In this document: positions 54,459-64,000 of the stretch, in pieces
Position numbering within the stretch: the stretch's first letter is position 1
Layout of the letters: every line of letters starts with the position of its first letter
Source of the DNA: a virus
Lineage: Duplodnaviria > Caudoviricetes
Length of the DNA stretch: 64,000 nt
Virus record (IMG/VR): IMGVR_UViG_3300028800_000096
Coordinates: 907-64,906 of that record
Strand: one strand, 5' to 3'
The notes under the pieces: model-generated
Database searches by the model: none
The model's input: the letters and a program-made list of their open reading frames with translations, nothing else
Told to the model about the DNA's origin: nothing
Translations under genes and position numbers: made by a program

Positions 54459-54974
54459 ATGGCACGGGCAAGAAAGGCCAAGCCAGCGGGTAAGGCAAAG
54501 AAATCAGCAAGCAGCAACCAGAAAGTAGGGCGTCCGTCTGAATTCAAGCCCGACTATTGCGAGCAAGTTGTGAAGCTTTGCCGCCTAGGAGCTACGGATC
54601 AAGATATTGCCGAGTTTTTCAATGTATCAACTACAACAATAGATAATTGGAAGATCAGATATCCGGAATTTCTTGGGGCCGTTCGCGCAGGAAAGATCGA
54701 AGCGGACGTTCAGGTCGCCAATTCTCTGTTCAAAAAAGCCACTGGATACGTGGTCGAAGTTGAAAAAGTCGTTGGTCGCGCTGACGATCGCAAGATCGTC
54801 AAGATGAACATCGCGATCGAGCCAGATACGCAAGCTTGTATGTTCTGGCTGAAGAACCGACGCAAAGATCAGTGGCGCGACAAGCAGGAAATCGACGTCA
54901 CCGTTATGAACCATGAGCAGGCTCTTGAGGCTCTGGAACAAGAGGCCAATGCAGACGTCACCCGCGTTCACTGA
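54459..54974 (+). CDS. terS: Terminase small subunit
   Basis: GRPSEF..LGATD.DIAEFF.VS..TI.NW..PEF..FWLKNRR..WRDK. Confidence 0.9.
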   Translation: MARARKAKPAGKAKKSASSNQKVGRPSEFKPDYCEQVVKLCRLGATDQDIAEFFNVSTTTIDNWKIRYPEFLGAVRAGKIEADVQVANSLFKKATGYVVEVEKVVGRADDRKIVKMNIAIEPDTQACMFWLKNRRKDQWRDKQEIDVTVMNHEQALEALEQEANADVTRVH

Positions 54975-56556
54975 GCGCGAACTTAAACTGCGTCGGACCT
55001 TGCGAGATGATTTTGAGTCATACTCACGATCTTGCCTAAAGATCAGAACGAAGACCGGACAAACAACCCCACTGCTTTTAAATCGGTCGCAGCGTTATCT
55101 GCACGACAGGCTTGAGCAGCAGCGGCAGACCAAGGGGCGGGTTAGGGCTCTCGTCCTCAAGGGACGCCAGGTTGGGATATCCACCTACATCGGCGGGCGG
55201 TATTACTGGCGCACCACGCATGGCCGTGGTCTGAAGACGTTCATCTTGGCGCACCTTGATGATGCCTCGACGAATCTTTTCAACATGGCGAAGAGGTTTC
55301 ACGATAACTGTCCGCCATTGTTAAAGCCTGAGACCGGCGCAGCGAATGCGAAGGAACTGAGCTTCCCGCGACTGGATAGTGGATATAAGGTTTCGACAGC
55401 CGGGAGCGCCGCAACGGGCCGCTCGGATACCCTGCAGCTTTTCCACGGAAGCGAGGTGGCCTTCTGGCCTGCGGCTGCTGACCATTTCGCGGGTGCTATG
55501 CAGGCCCTTGCCGACGCGCCGGGTACTGAATGCGTCCTGGAAAGTACTGCGAATGGAATCGGGAACACATTCCATTCTCTATGGAAATCTGCGGAGCGCG
55601 GCGACAGCGGTTTTGAGGCGATCTTCATTCCGTGGTTCTGGCATGAAGAATACATTCGGGAAGTGCCTGAGGATTGGCATCCGCCTGCGACGTTCGAGGA
55701 TTACGCGGTCAATCATGGACTTACGAGAGAGCAAACGTACTGGGCTTTCGTTAAGAACCGAGACTTGGCGGTCAGCGCTGGCGGCAGCTTTGACGAGATA
55801 AACTGGAAATTCATGCAGGAATATCCGGCGACCGCCGAAGAAGCCTTCCAGACATCAGGCGCTACGTCCTTTATCGCGCCGACGGTCGTTCTGAAAGCCC
55901 GCAAGACAACGACGGTCCAGCCATACGGGCCGATTGTTCTAGGAGTGGACCCGGCTCGAGGCGGTGGCGACAAGACGGCGATCATCGACCGGCAAGGGCG
56001 AGTCCTTGGCAAGAATGTCTGCGCGATCCTCGATCATAACGACCTGATGGCCACGGCCGGTGAAGTCGTTCGCTGTGTGCGCTGGTTCGGGAAGAAGGAC
56101 CTGCGCAAGGTCATCATCGACACGACGGGCTTAGGGGCTGGGCTTTACGACCGGCTTCGAGAGCAGCTTGGCGACCTCATAATGGGCGTCAACTTCTCGT
56201 CTCGCGCTTTCAATCCGGATGGATACGTCAACCGCCGCGCTGAAATGTGGGACCTGATGCGCATGTGGTTCGATGATCCGGCCGGGGTTTTGGTTCCGGA
56301 CAGCGATCAGTTTCAAGGCGACGTCTGCGCTCCGACACGCGGCAAGGGCGCGACACGTTTCGATAGCGCAGGTCGTTTGATCCTTGAGGACAAAGACCAC
56401 ATTCGGGATCGGCTAGGGTTTTCTCCTGATCTCGGAGACGCAGCAGCGCTGACGTTCGCGGTTGATATGGGAATGTTTCGAGACAATACCGCCAATGACG
56501 ACGAAGACAACGACATCAACTCACGTCACACACGCAGCGGCGTGACAGGATACTAA
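54949..56556 (+). CDS. terL: Terminase large subunit
   Basis: LKGRQVGIST, FHGSEVAFW, ESTANG, GVDPARGGGD, SPDLGDA. Confidence 0.93.
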   Translation: MQTSPAFTERELKLRRTLRDDFESYSRSCLKIRTKTGQTTPLLLNRSQRYLHDRLEQQRQTKGRVRALVLKGRQVGISTYIGGRYYWRTTHGRGLKTFILAHLDDASTNLFNMAKRFHDNCPPLLKPETGAANAKELSFPRLDSGYKVSTAGSAATGRSDTLQLFHGSEVAFWPAAADHFAGAMQALADAPGTECVLESTANGIGNTFHSLWKSAERGDSGFEAIFIPWFWHEEYIREVPEDWHPPATFEDYAVNHGLTREQTYWAFVKNRDLAVSAGGSFDEINWKFMQEYPATAEEAFQTSGATSFIAPTVVLKARKTTTVQPYGPIVLGVDPARGGGDKTAIIDRQGRVLGKNVCAILDHNDLMATAGEVVRCVRWFGKKDLRKVIIDTTGLGAGLYDRLREQLGDLIMGVNFSSRAFNPDGYVNRRAEMWDLMRMWFDDPAGVLVPDSDQFQGDVCAPTRGKGATRFDSAGRLILEDKDHIRDRLGFSPDLGDAAALTFAVDMGMFRDNTANDDEDNDINSRHTRSGVTGY

Positions 56557-58542
56557 ATGGCATCAAAGCGCAGACCTAAATCGGCAAAGCCTGAAAAGCG
56601 GGTGAGTGCCGAGGTCGCCCTGCGTCAACTTCTGGACTGGGCCGACTCCATCAACGTGGCCGAAGACCTGGACGATGATATTATCTCGAACATCGGCGCC
56701 AAGGTCGTTTCGGAATTCAACATCGATTTAAGTTCCCGGTCGGAGTGGGAAGAAAAAGCCAAAAAGGCGCTTGACCGCGCTAAGATGAAGACCGTCGAAA
56801 AGACCTATCCGTTTCAGGGCGCTTCCAACGTCAAGTATCCATTATTGGCGACAGCAGCGCTTCAATTTGCCAGCAGGGCATATCCGGCCATCGTCGACGG
56901 TCAGAAGATCGTCAAGGGCCAGGTGATCGGGGATGACAGTGGAATACCGGTGCAAGGTCCGAACGGTCCCGCAGTAGACCCGCAGACCGGTCAGCCGCAA
57001 TGGCAGGTTCCGCCGGGTGCCAAACGGGCTAAGGCCGAACGCATTTCAAAACACATGAGCTGGCAGCTCATTAACGAAATGCCGGAGTGGGAAGAAGACA
57101 CAGATGCCCTGCTGCATCAGCTTCCGATCGTCGGCTGCGCGTTCCGCAAGGTCTGGTTTGATCCGACGCTCGGCCGAAACCGATCCGAGATGATTTCCGG
57201 CATCGATTTTGTCGTCAATCAGAAAACCCGCTCCCTCGATACGGTTCCTCGGGGAACGCATTGCTACACCCTCTATCCCCACGAGATCGAGGAACGTCAG
57301 GCCGATGGTGTGTTCCTTGATGTCGATGTTGGAGCTTCCGTTGGAACAGGGGATGACACCGACGCGCCGCATGAATTCCTCGAGCAGTTCCGCTATCTCG
57401 ATTTGAACGAAGATGGCCACCGCGAGCCTTGGATTGTCACGGTCCACAAACAAACTGGTAAGGTGCTGAGGATTGTTGCGAACTTCGATCCCGCAACCCT
57501 CGCGCTCAGGGATAACAAGCTCGCCCGCATTGCCCGTTACAACCTCTATGTCAAATATCCCTTCTTCCGCGATCCGGAAGGCGGGTTTTATGACTTAGGG
57601 TTTGGCGAACTTCTCGAAACGCTTTCGGAAGTCATCGATTCTACCCTCAATCAAATGTTGGACGCCGGCCATCTGCAGAACGCCGGCGGCGGTTTCATCG
57701 GCTCGGGTCTGAGACTGAAGAAATCACAGCTTCGTTTTGCGCCGGGGCAATATCACGTCGTTGAAGCGCAAGGCGCGAAGATCCGCGAAGCCATCTACAA
57801 TATGGAGCACCCCGGCCCGAGTCCGGTTCTGTTCCAGTTGCTCGGAACGATGATAGAGTCCGGGAAAGAAATCGCCAACATCAAGGACATTCTGACCGGC
57901 TCACAGAATTCCAACACGCCAGCAACGACAACTCTCGCGCTCGTTGAGCAGGGCATGAAGGTTTACACGTCGATTTACAAGCGCATCTATCGGTCGCTGA
58001 AAAAAGAATATGGGCTTCTGTTCGATCTCAACGCCAAGCACTTGGACGATAGGCAATATTTCACGGTGATGGACAGCCCTGAGGCGGTGGCGAAAGAAGA
58101 TTACGACGCCAAGTCGTTCGATGTGTCGCCCGTGGCAGATCCGAATGTTGTGACGGACGCACAGAAGATGGCGCGGGCGCAGATTTACCTTCAAGTGGCT
58201 CAGGCTCCGCAGGTCAACGGCCACGAGGCCATGCGGCGGTTCTTTGAAGCAATGGGCGCCGAGGATATCGATGCGATCCTTCCGCCGCCTTCAGGTCCAA
58301 GCCCGGCAGATCAGTTGAAAATGCAGGAAGCAGCGGCGAGCACCGACGAGAAGAAAGCCAAGACCGAAAAGGCAACGCAGGAAGCCCGCAGGACCGGCGC
58401 TGAAGCGACGATCATGGAAAACGCTGCCGCTAAAGATCAGCGCGTAACCGAAGCCTTGGATTTCTCGAAAGAATTGCAGAACGGCTTGCAAATGCTGATG
58501 AACCCGGGCCCGGCAGCCCCGACGCCTGAAAGAGTGCAATGA
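56557..58542 (+). CDS. Portal protein
   Basis: 661 aa directly after terL; PFQGASNV.YPLL, G.AFRKV.FD, FYDLGFG, NQMLDAG. Confidence 0.88.
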   Translation: MASKRRPKSAKPEKRVSAEVALRQLLDWADSINVAEDLDDDIISNIGAKVVSEFNIDLSSRSEWEEKAKKALDRAKMKTVEKTYPFQGASNVKYPLLATAALQFASRAYPAIVDGQKIVKGQVIGDDSGIPVQGPNGPAVDPQTGQPQWQVPPGAKRAKAERISKHMSWQLINEMPEWEEDTDALLHQLPIVGCAFRKVWFDPTLGRNRSEMISGIDFVVNQKTRSLDTVPRGTHCYTLYPHEIEERQADGVFLDVDVGASVGTGDDTDAPHEFLEQFRYLDLNEDGHREPWIVTVHKQTGKVLRIVANFDPATLALRDNKLARIARYNLYVKYPFFRDPEGGFYDLGFGELLETLSEVIDSTLNQMLDAGHLQNAGGGFIGSGLRLKKSQLRFAPGQYHVVEAQGAKIREAIYNMEHPGPSPVLFQLLGTMIESGKEIANIKDILTGSQNSNTPATTTLALVEQGMKVYTSIYKRIYRSLKKEYGLLFDLNAKHLDDRQYFTVMDSPEAVAKEDYDAKSFDVSPVADPNVVTDAQKMARAQIYLQVAQAPQVNGHEAMRRFFEAMGAEDIDAILPPPSGPSPADQLKMQEAAASTDEKKAKTEKATQEARRTGAEATIMENAAAKDQRVTEALDFSKELQNGLQMLMNPGPAAPTPERVQ

Positions 58543-58850
58543 ACAACCAGCCCCAGATTACCGAGGAAGACTTCTCGGCATGGAAGGATAACCCCATCAC
58601 GCGGGCGGTGATTGATTATCTCGCGAGCCGCAAGGACATGGCCTACGGCATCTGGATGAGCCAGGTCCATGACACGCAGAGCACAAAAGATCAGGTCGAA
58701 TTGTTGCGCGTCGAGTTACGAGCGAAGTTGGAGTTCATCGAGGACTTTATCGAGCTAAAGCTGGAGGACATTCAGGACAATGACACTGGAGCTAACGTCG
58801 TTCCCATCGAGCCTGCCAAACGGACCGGCAAGCCCAATCGCACCCATTGA
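58539..58850 (+). CDS. Hypothetical protein
   Basis: F.AWK.NP.T motif; coupled to the portal gene. Confidence 0.65.
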   Translation: MNNQPQITEEDFSAWKDNPITRAVIDYLASRKDMAYGIWMSQVHDTQSTKDQVELLRVELRAKLEFIEDFIELKLEDIQDNDTGANVVPIEPAKRTGKPNRTH

Positions 58851-59232
58851 GGGGAAGAAGAAGCGCGGCCGTCCGGCCAAGGTCAAAACCGTTGACCCCA
58901 TGGAAAACGCATCAGGCATTCACCCGACAGAATTCAAGGTCGTGATCCTGCCGGATGAGGCGGAAGATTTCATCACGCTCGGTAATGGGCAGAAGCTCTA
59001 CAAGCCGACCGATGTGGTTGATAAAGAAAAGCACGCATCACAGTCCGGGGTCATTATCGCGGTTTCGCCGCTGGCGTTCCGTTATGAGATTTGGCCGGAA
59101 GGATCGGAGCCGCCGAAGGTCGGGCAGAAAGCCCTCTACGCCAAATACGCGGGTATCGCGCGAAAAGGCAAGGACGGGAAAGAGTACCGCGTCATGAATG
59201 ACCGCGATGTCGTAGCGGTGCTGGAGGACTGA
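58780..59232 (+). CDS. GroES-like co-chaperonin (start may be 58900)
   Basis: P..FKVVI.P, G.IIAVSP, KVG..YAKYAG..DGKEYRVMNDRDVVAVL. Confidence 0.8.
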   Translation: MTLELTSFPSSLPNGPASPIAPIEGKKKRGRPAKVKTVDPMENASGIHPTEFKVVILPDEAEDFITLGNGQKLYKPTDVVDKEKHASQSGVIIAVSPLAFRYEIWPEGSEPPKVGQKALYAKYAGIARKGKDGKEYRVMNDRDVVAVLED

Positions 59233-59261
59233 TCCGCGTTGATTATAAATTGAGTCAAACC

Positions 59262-59289
59262 GGCCCGCCAGCGAGCGGGCTTTTTTATT
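59262..59289 (+). terminator. Intrinsic terminator
   Basis: GCCCGC-cagcga-GCGGGC-TTTTTT. Confidence 0.7.
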
Positions 59290-59306
59290 GAGCCAAGAGG
59301 CAAGCA

Positions 59307-60272
59307 ATGACAGTCGAAAACCAACTGGTCGTCGCACCGGATCCGGGCGGCGAAGGAAGCCCTGCGCCCGAAGCGATACAGACCGACAATGGCACCGGTG
59401 CGGATGACGGTGCACCGCAAACCAAGGCCGTCAGCTATGAGACGGAATCGGAAGCCCGCGGCATGGGCTGGGTCCCGCAGGCTGAATGGCGCGGCGATCC
59501 CAAGGCATGGCGCCCCGCCGATGAATTCGTAACACGTGGCAAGGAAGTCCTGCCGATCGTGCGCTCTCAGTTGGACCGGGAACGCCGCAAGGTGCAGGAT
59601 CTTGAAAGCAAGCTCAATGAGCTTCCGGGATCGATCGAGGCCAAATACGCCGATCGCTTCAAGCGCCTTGAAAAGATGAACACGGTGGCGCTGCAAAAGC
59701 AGGCCGATCAGATTTACCGACAGTTCGAAGAAAAGAAACGCGCCGCCGTCGAGGCCGCCGATCCTGCCGCCTACGATCGAGCATCAGAGGCGCAGCGCCA
59801 AGCCCTGGCCGATCTCTCGACCGATTACGAGTCACCGGCAGAAGTCGAAACAAAACCGGCGCCGCAGCCGCAGCAAAAGGCACCTCCGGAAGTGTCGGAC
59901 TGGATCGACCGGAACAGCACGTGGTTTAACAAGGACCCGGTTTTGACCGCTGCGGCGTCGGCCTACCACGGCCAGCTTCTGAAAGACGTTCCAGGCATGG
60001 CCTTGGACCAGAACTTCCGCAAGGTCGATGAGTTCTTGCGCCAGAAGTTCCCCGAGAAATTCGGCATCGAACCGCAGACCCGAGCGCATGCTCCGCAGGT
60101 CGAGGGCGGCAGCGGACGTCAGGCTGCCGGCACAGGCAAGGCAAGAGGCTGGAACGAACTCCCTCCTGAGGCCGTGAAGGCGGGACAGAAATTCATCGAC
60201 CAGGGGCTTTACGGAACAGATCAGAAGAAAGCCCGCGACGAATACGCGAAAGATTATTGGAGCCAGGAATAG
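59307..60272 (+). CDS. Scaffolding protein
   Basis: Acidic, helical; ARGMGW.P..EW..W..ADEF; WF..DP; position before the capsid genes. Confidence 0.7.
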   Translation: MTVENQLVVAPDPGGEGSPAPEAIQTDNGTGADDGAPQTKAVSYETESEARGMGWVPQAEWRGDPKAWRPADEFVTRGKEVLPIVRSQLDRERRKVQDLESKLNELPGSIEAKYADRFKRLEKMNTVALQKQADQIYRQFEEKKRAAVEAADPAAYDRASEAQRQALADLSTDYESPAEVETKPAPQPQQKAPPEVSDWIDRNSTWFNKDPVLTAAASAYHGQLLKDVPGMALDQNFRKVDEFLRQKFPEKFGIEPQTRAHAPQVEGGSGRQAAGTGKARGWNELPPEAVKAGQKFIDQGLYGTDQKKARDEYAKDYWSQE

Positions 60273-60276
60273 AGCC

Positions 60277-60795
60277 ATGAGCAAAGCACCCAAAGCAGCA
60301 GACATTATTGAGCAAGACAAGACCACCGATTCCGTTGGTAAGCGCATTGAAGAGATGCGCGCCAAGAGGAAAGAGCGCAGCGCCATGAGCGAGACCGGCT
60401 TTCATCAGAAGCTATCGGTCCCGCAGAAGTTCCTCGACCCCCGGCTTCAGCATCGCTGGGTTGTCGATAGAGGAACGCGCGTCATCGAAATGGAGCAGAA
60501 GGGATATTTCCCTGTTTCCAGTGAATCTCTGGTCGACGATGACCGGAACTCAGGCATTGGGAGCGTGACACAGCGCGTAGCAAATTCGCGCACTACAGAA
60601 GGTGGCCGCGTCGAGCACACGATCCTGATGGCAAAACCCAAGGAATTTTACGAGGAAGACAAAGCGAGAGAGATCGCAAAGATCAAGGCGGAAGAGTTGG
60701 CAATTACGCGCGGAGAGCGACGCGACGCTGATGGAAAGTCTGCCGAAGGCACATACGTTCCGTCAGGCGGGACGAGCATCAAGCACGGGGGCTGA
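60277..60795 (+). CDS. Head-associated hypothetical protein
   Basis: HRWV.D..R..GY..V..LMAKPKEFYEED pattern. Confidence 0.65.
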   Translation: MSKAPKAADIIEQDKTTDSVGKRIEEMRAKRKERSAMSETGFHQKLSVPQKFLDPRLQHRWVVDRGTRVIEMEQKGYFPVSSESLVDDDRNSGIGSVTQRVANSRTTEGGRVEHTILMAKPKEFYEEDKAREIAKIKAEELAITRGERRDADGKSAEGTYVPSGGTSIKHGG

Positions 60796-60832
60796 TGTCC
60801 CTCGTAACTTCCATAATTATCGGAGAATTTAA

Positions 60833-61486
60833 ATGGCAAACGTTGATACGCCGATGGGGCTCCGGCCTCTTCGGCACAAGAGCGGTGCGCCTTATAACGG
60901 CTCAGTGTCTCCCTACTACATTCCCTCAAGCTACAATACGGCCCTGTTTATCGGTGATCCCGTTGTCAAAACCGGAACATCGAATACCACAGGCATTACC
61001 GTCCCTGGCGGAGGCTCTTTCAACGTCGGCACGCTGCCCGAGATCAACAAGACGGCAGCCGGTGACGTTGACGGTATGACCAAAGCGATTACCGGCGTCA
61101 TCGTCGGCTTCTCGCCACTCCCGAGCAACTTGGACCTGAAGCACAACCCGGCCAGCACGGAACGCGTCGCGTACGTCTGTGATGACCCGGATGTCGTGTT
61201 CGAGATCCAGGCAGATGGCGCGGTCCCGGCAGCTTCGATGGGACTAAATGCCGTTCTGATCTACACGCACAGCGGTTCCGAAACGACCGGATTGTCGGGT
61301 GCAGAACTCGATACGACTTCTGACGCTCCAGCAGCCGACGCATCGAACCAGCTTCTTATCCTTCGTGCTGTGAATCGTGAAGACAACGACACGACACTCA
61401 CGCATGCGAAGGTTGAGGTCATGATCAACGCCCATACTGAGGGCTCAAGCTACACGACTGCCGGCAGCGGCACGCTCGGTATTTGA
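60833..61486 (+). CDS. Capsid decoration/cement protein
   Basis: MANVDTPMGLRP..IGDPV..V.DDPD.VFEIQ; directly before the major capsid gene. Confidence 0.7.
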   Translation: MANVDTPMGLRPLRHKSGAPYNGSVSPYYIPSSYNTALFIGDPVVKTGTSNTTGITVPGGGSFNVGTLPEINKTAAGDVDGMTKAITGVIVGFSPLPSNLDLKHNPASTERVAYVCDDPDVVFEIQADGAVPAASMGLNAVLIYTHSGSETTGLSGAELDTTSDAPAADASNQLLILRAVNREDNDTTLTHAKVEVMINAHTEGSSYTTAGSGTLGI

Positions 61487-61502
61487 TAGGAGGGCTTTCG
61501 AT

Positions 61503-62408
61503 ATGGGTGGTGTAATTACATCCGGTTCGCATCCAAAATCTCTTTGGCCGGGCGTCAAAGCATGGTTTGGACGCGAGTATTCAAAGTATCCCGAGGTCTG
61601 GAAAGAACTGTTTGACGAAGACAGCTCGGACAAGTCGTATGAAGAAGACGTCGAGCTTACTGGCTTCGGGCTTATTCCGGTAAAGCCTGAAGGTTCGGCG
61701 ATCGAGTACGATTCGGAAACGCAGGGATACACCAAGCGCTATACCAACGTCACGTATGGTGGTGGCTATATCGTGACGCAGGAAGCGCTTGAAGACGACC
61801 TCTATGAGAAAGTCTCCAAGCGCCGTTCTGCGGCTCTTGCGTTCTCGGCTCAGACGACCAAAGAGACGGTGCACGCCAACATCTTCAATCGCGCCTTTAC
61901 CTCCGGATACAACGGCGGTGATGGCGTGTCGATGATTGACGCGAGCCATCCTACGGCATCTGGCGTGCAGTCGAACGAGTTAGCCGTCGCGGCCGACCTT
62001 TCGGAAGCCTCCCTTGAGGATGCTTGCATTCTGGTGATGAATGCGACGAACTCACGTGGCCTCCGCATCCAGCTCCGTCCCACGAAGCTGGTTGTTCCGA
62101 CGAGCCTCCACTTTGATGCCCGTCGCATCATCGAGTCCGAACTGCAGAACGACACTGCGAACAATGCCAAGAACATCGTTGGCGGCATGTTCAAGGGTGG
62201 CCTCGTGTCATGGTCGTTCCTGTCGGACCCGAACGCTTGGTTTGTTCTGACGGATTGCCCTGAAGGTCTGAAGCACTATACGCGCCGGCCGGGCAAATTC
62301 GAGCAGGATAACGACTTCTCGACGTCAAACGCCCGTGCCAAGTTCACCGAGCGCTACAGCGCTGGCTGGACGGACTGGCGTCGTGTGTTTGGGTCGTCTG
62401 GCGCTTAA
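61503..62408 (+). CDS. Major capsid protein (HK97 fold)
   Basis: LWPGV..FG.EY, SYEE..GFG..KPEG, GGDGVS..SHP, LVVP, ERYS.GW.DWR..GS.GA. Confidence 0.9.
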   Translation: MGGVITSGSHPKSLWPGVKAWFGREYSKYPEVWKELFDEDSSDKSYEEDVELTGFGLIPVKPEGSAIEYDSETQGYTKRYTNVTYGGGYIVTQEALEDDLYEKVSKRRSAALAFSAQTTKETVHANIFNRAFTSGYNGGDGVSMIDASHPTASGVQSNELAVAADLSEASLEDACILVMNATNSRGLRIQLRPTKLVVPTSLHFDARRIIESELQNDTANNAKNIVGGMFKGGLVSWSFLSDPNAWFVLTDCPEGLKHYTRRPGKFEQDNDFSTSNARAKFTERYSAGWTDWRRVFGSSGA

Positions 62409-62426
62409 CCTAGCTTCCAAATCAAT

Positions 62427-62460
62427 GAACCCGGCTGCAGCAATGTGGCCGGGTTTTTCA
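62427..62460 (+). terminator. Intrinsic terminator after the major capsid gene
   Basis: AACCCGGCTGCA..TGTGGCCGGGTT-TTTT. Confidence 0.8.
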
Positions 62461-62522
62461 TTCTGACAGCGCCCCTCGCGGGCGTTTAAACCTGAACGCT
62501 TTCAGATCAAAGGATCTTACAC

Positions 62523-63227
62523 ATGGCCGCCCCTTCACGCTTTCCTTCCGGCGTTACCAACGTCGTTAAGCAAAATCCGATGGGCATGCTCGGCATGCCG
62601 GATCCGACGCAGTTTCACACCTTCTTCGATGACTTCGATCGCTATGTCGTCGGCGATTGGACCATCACGACCACCGAGGCTGGCGGAAGTTCGGCGTCGG
62701 AAGCCTTGGCCGATGTTGATGGTGGCGTTCTTCTGATCACCAACGACGCTGCGGACAATGATGCTGACTTCTTCCAGAAGATTGGCGCGAGCTTCTTGAT
62801 GGAAGCTGGCAAGTCGGCTTGGTTCAAGGCCCGTTTCAAGGTCTCGGACGCGACGCAGTCGGATTTCGTGATCGGTCTGCAGATCACCGATACGTCACCA
62901 CTCGATGCAACGGACGGCATCTATTTCCAGAAAGATGACGGCGACGCCAACCTGGACTTCTATGTCCGTAAGAACGCGACGACGGGATCGAACAGCGCCT
63001 CGGCGATTGCGACCGTGGCCGATGATACCTTCATGACGGTGGCCTGGTATTACGACGGCAAATCGAGCGTCGCATACTTCGTCAATGACGTGCAGCTTGG
63101 GACGTTGGCTGCATCATCCACGTATCTGCCGGATGCGCAGTTGACGGTGAGCTTTGGGGTGCAGAACGGTGAGGCTGTCAGCAAGACGATGAGCGTCGAT
63201 TACGTCCTCGCCGTCAAACAGCGCTGA
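62523..63227 (+). CDS. Virion protein (lectin-like)
   Basis: SRFPSGVTN..FFDDF..W; position after the major capsid gene. Confidence 0.65.
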   Translation: MAAPSRFPSGVTNVVKQNPMGMLGMPDPTQFHTFFDDFDRYVVGDWTITTTEAGGSSASEALADVDGGVLLITNDAADNDADFFQKIGASFLMEAGKSAWFKARFKVSDATQSDFVIGLQITDTSPLDATDGIYFQKDDGDANLDFYVRKNATTGSNSASAIATVADDTFMTVAWYYDGKSSVAYFVNDVQLGTLAASSTYLPDAQLTVSFGVQNGEAVSKTMSVDYVLAVKQR

Positions 63228-63291
63228 GGTCATAGCAGATCGAACCAGTGAGGCGGTCTTCTGGCCGCCTCTTTCATTTGGAGATTTGTAA

Positions 63292-63687
63292 ATGGCCAAC
63301 ACGATTACAACGACCGTCATTAATGACGGGTCGAAGCACCTTGATGTTGTCGTGAACATCTTGGGCGACGGGTCGGGCGAAGAAACCGATACGCTCCTGA
63401 TCGATCGCTCCACCTATGCTCCCGCAGGAACGAAAACGAGCGTCGTTGAGGTCTATGGAAACCTTGGCGGGTTTACTGCGGCGCTGTCATTCGATGCGAC
63501 GGCTGATCTTGTTTTTGCCCGTCTGCCCGATGGCAATCCGTTCAAGTACCAATGGTTCGATGATGAACCGCAAGGCATCTCGTCAACCAAGGCTGGTGCG
63601 GGGGCGACAGGTGATATTCTGATATCGACGTCCGGTCTCGGCAATGGCGAAGGTGGCACGTTCACGCTTCGCATGCGGAAATTCTGA
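63292..63687 (+). CDS. Virion hypothetical protein
   Basis: GGAG RBS; GATGDILIST motif. Confidence 0.6.
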   Translation: MANTITTTVINDGSKHLDVVVNILGDGSGEETDTLLIDRSTYAPAGTKTSVVEVYGNLGGFTAALSFDATADLVFARLPDGNPFKYQWFDDEPQGISSTKAGAGATGDILISTSGLGNGEGGTFTLRMRKF

Positions 63688-63938
63688 TGGGCAAAGCCGA
63701 TTTCTACCGGGCCGGATCGCACAACTGCATCTGCATGCGGTGCGGGTTCAAGCGCAAGGCCGAAGATATCACGAAGGAATGGACGGGTTTGCTCGTCTGC
63801 CGTGACACGTGCGCCGACAAGCGCAACCCGCAGGATTTCGTCAGAGGTGTCGCGGATCGGCAGGCCGTCGCCATGAATAGCCCTGAGTCGCCCGACGTGT
63901 TTCTGGATGTCGGCGATGTTACGCCGGAGTCCCTTTAA
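63687..63938 (+). CDS. Small Zn-finger protein
   Basis: ICMRCGFK..EWTGLLVC..C.D.RNPQDF. Confidence 0.7.
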   Translation: MGKADFYRAGSHNCICMRCGFKRKAEDITKEWTGLLVCRDTCADKRNPQDFVRGVADRQAVAMNSPESPDVFLDVGDVTPESL

Positions 63939-63974
63939 GTCTTCCTATAATTCGTCCAACGAGGACCGCGAGCG

Positions 63975-64000
63975 ATGCCTACAGCGACGTTCACGCAATT
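63975..64000 (+). CDS. Start of the next structural gene (truncated by the window edge)
   Basis: GAGGA RBS followed by ATG CCT ACA GCG (MPTATFTQ). Confidence 0.5.

Larger units (their letters stand above)
1..64000. mobile_element. Temperate P22-like podophage genome, near complete, excised/permuted form
   Basis: Terminase, portal, capsid, gp4/gp10-like tail, ejection, lysis, int/xis, cI/cro and replication modules are all present. No host housekeeping block is seen, and the att core is internal. Confidence 0.93.

Overview
The window is almost the whole genome of a temperate, P22-like (short-tailed) phage of an alphaproteobacterium, probably Hyphomicrobiales (it carries GcrA and Omp25/RopB-like genes and a tRNA-Arg(CCG)-type att core). 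It appears excised or circularly permuted: attP lies mid-window with phage genes on both sides, and the structural operon is split across the two edges. Gene order: tail, ejection and lysis genes (1-18.3 kb); morons, HNH/EndoVII genes and an RtcB RNA ligase (18.4-21.7 kb); attP-int-xis (21.8-23.3 kb); a long leftward early operon (23.3-38.9 kb); the PL/cI/cro switch (39-41.3 kb); GcrA and replication genes (41.9-47 kb); accessory genes; then terminase, portal and capsid genes (54.4-64 kb). The strongest candidate for a new system is at 33.1-34.8 kb. There a stand-alone RAMP/Cas7-like gene is followed by three non-coding units of about 70 nt built from 5-nt periodic triplet+NN motifs (consensus HGC-NN), and then a partner gene. 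This suggests an RNA-guided system with a non-contiguous guide code. Also notable are a ~540-nt highly base-paired region between cro and gcrA, a ~200-nt structured RNA candidate upstream of the packaging genes, and a homing endonuclease that duplicated the rtcB C-terminus. All annotations come from manual motif recognition; no searches were run.
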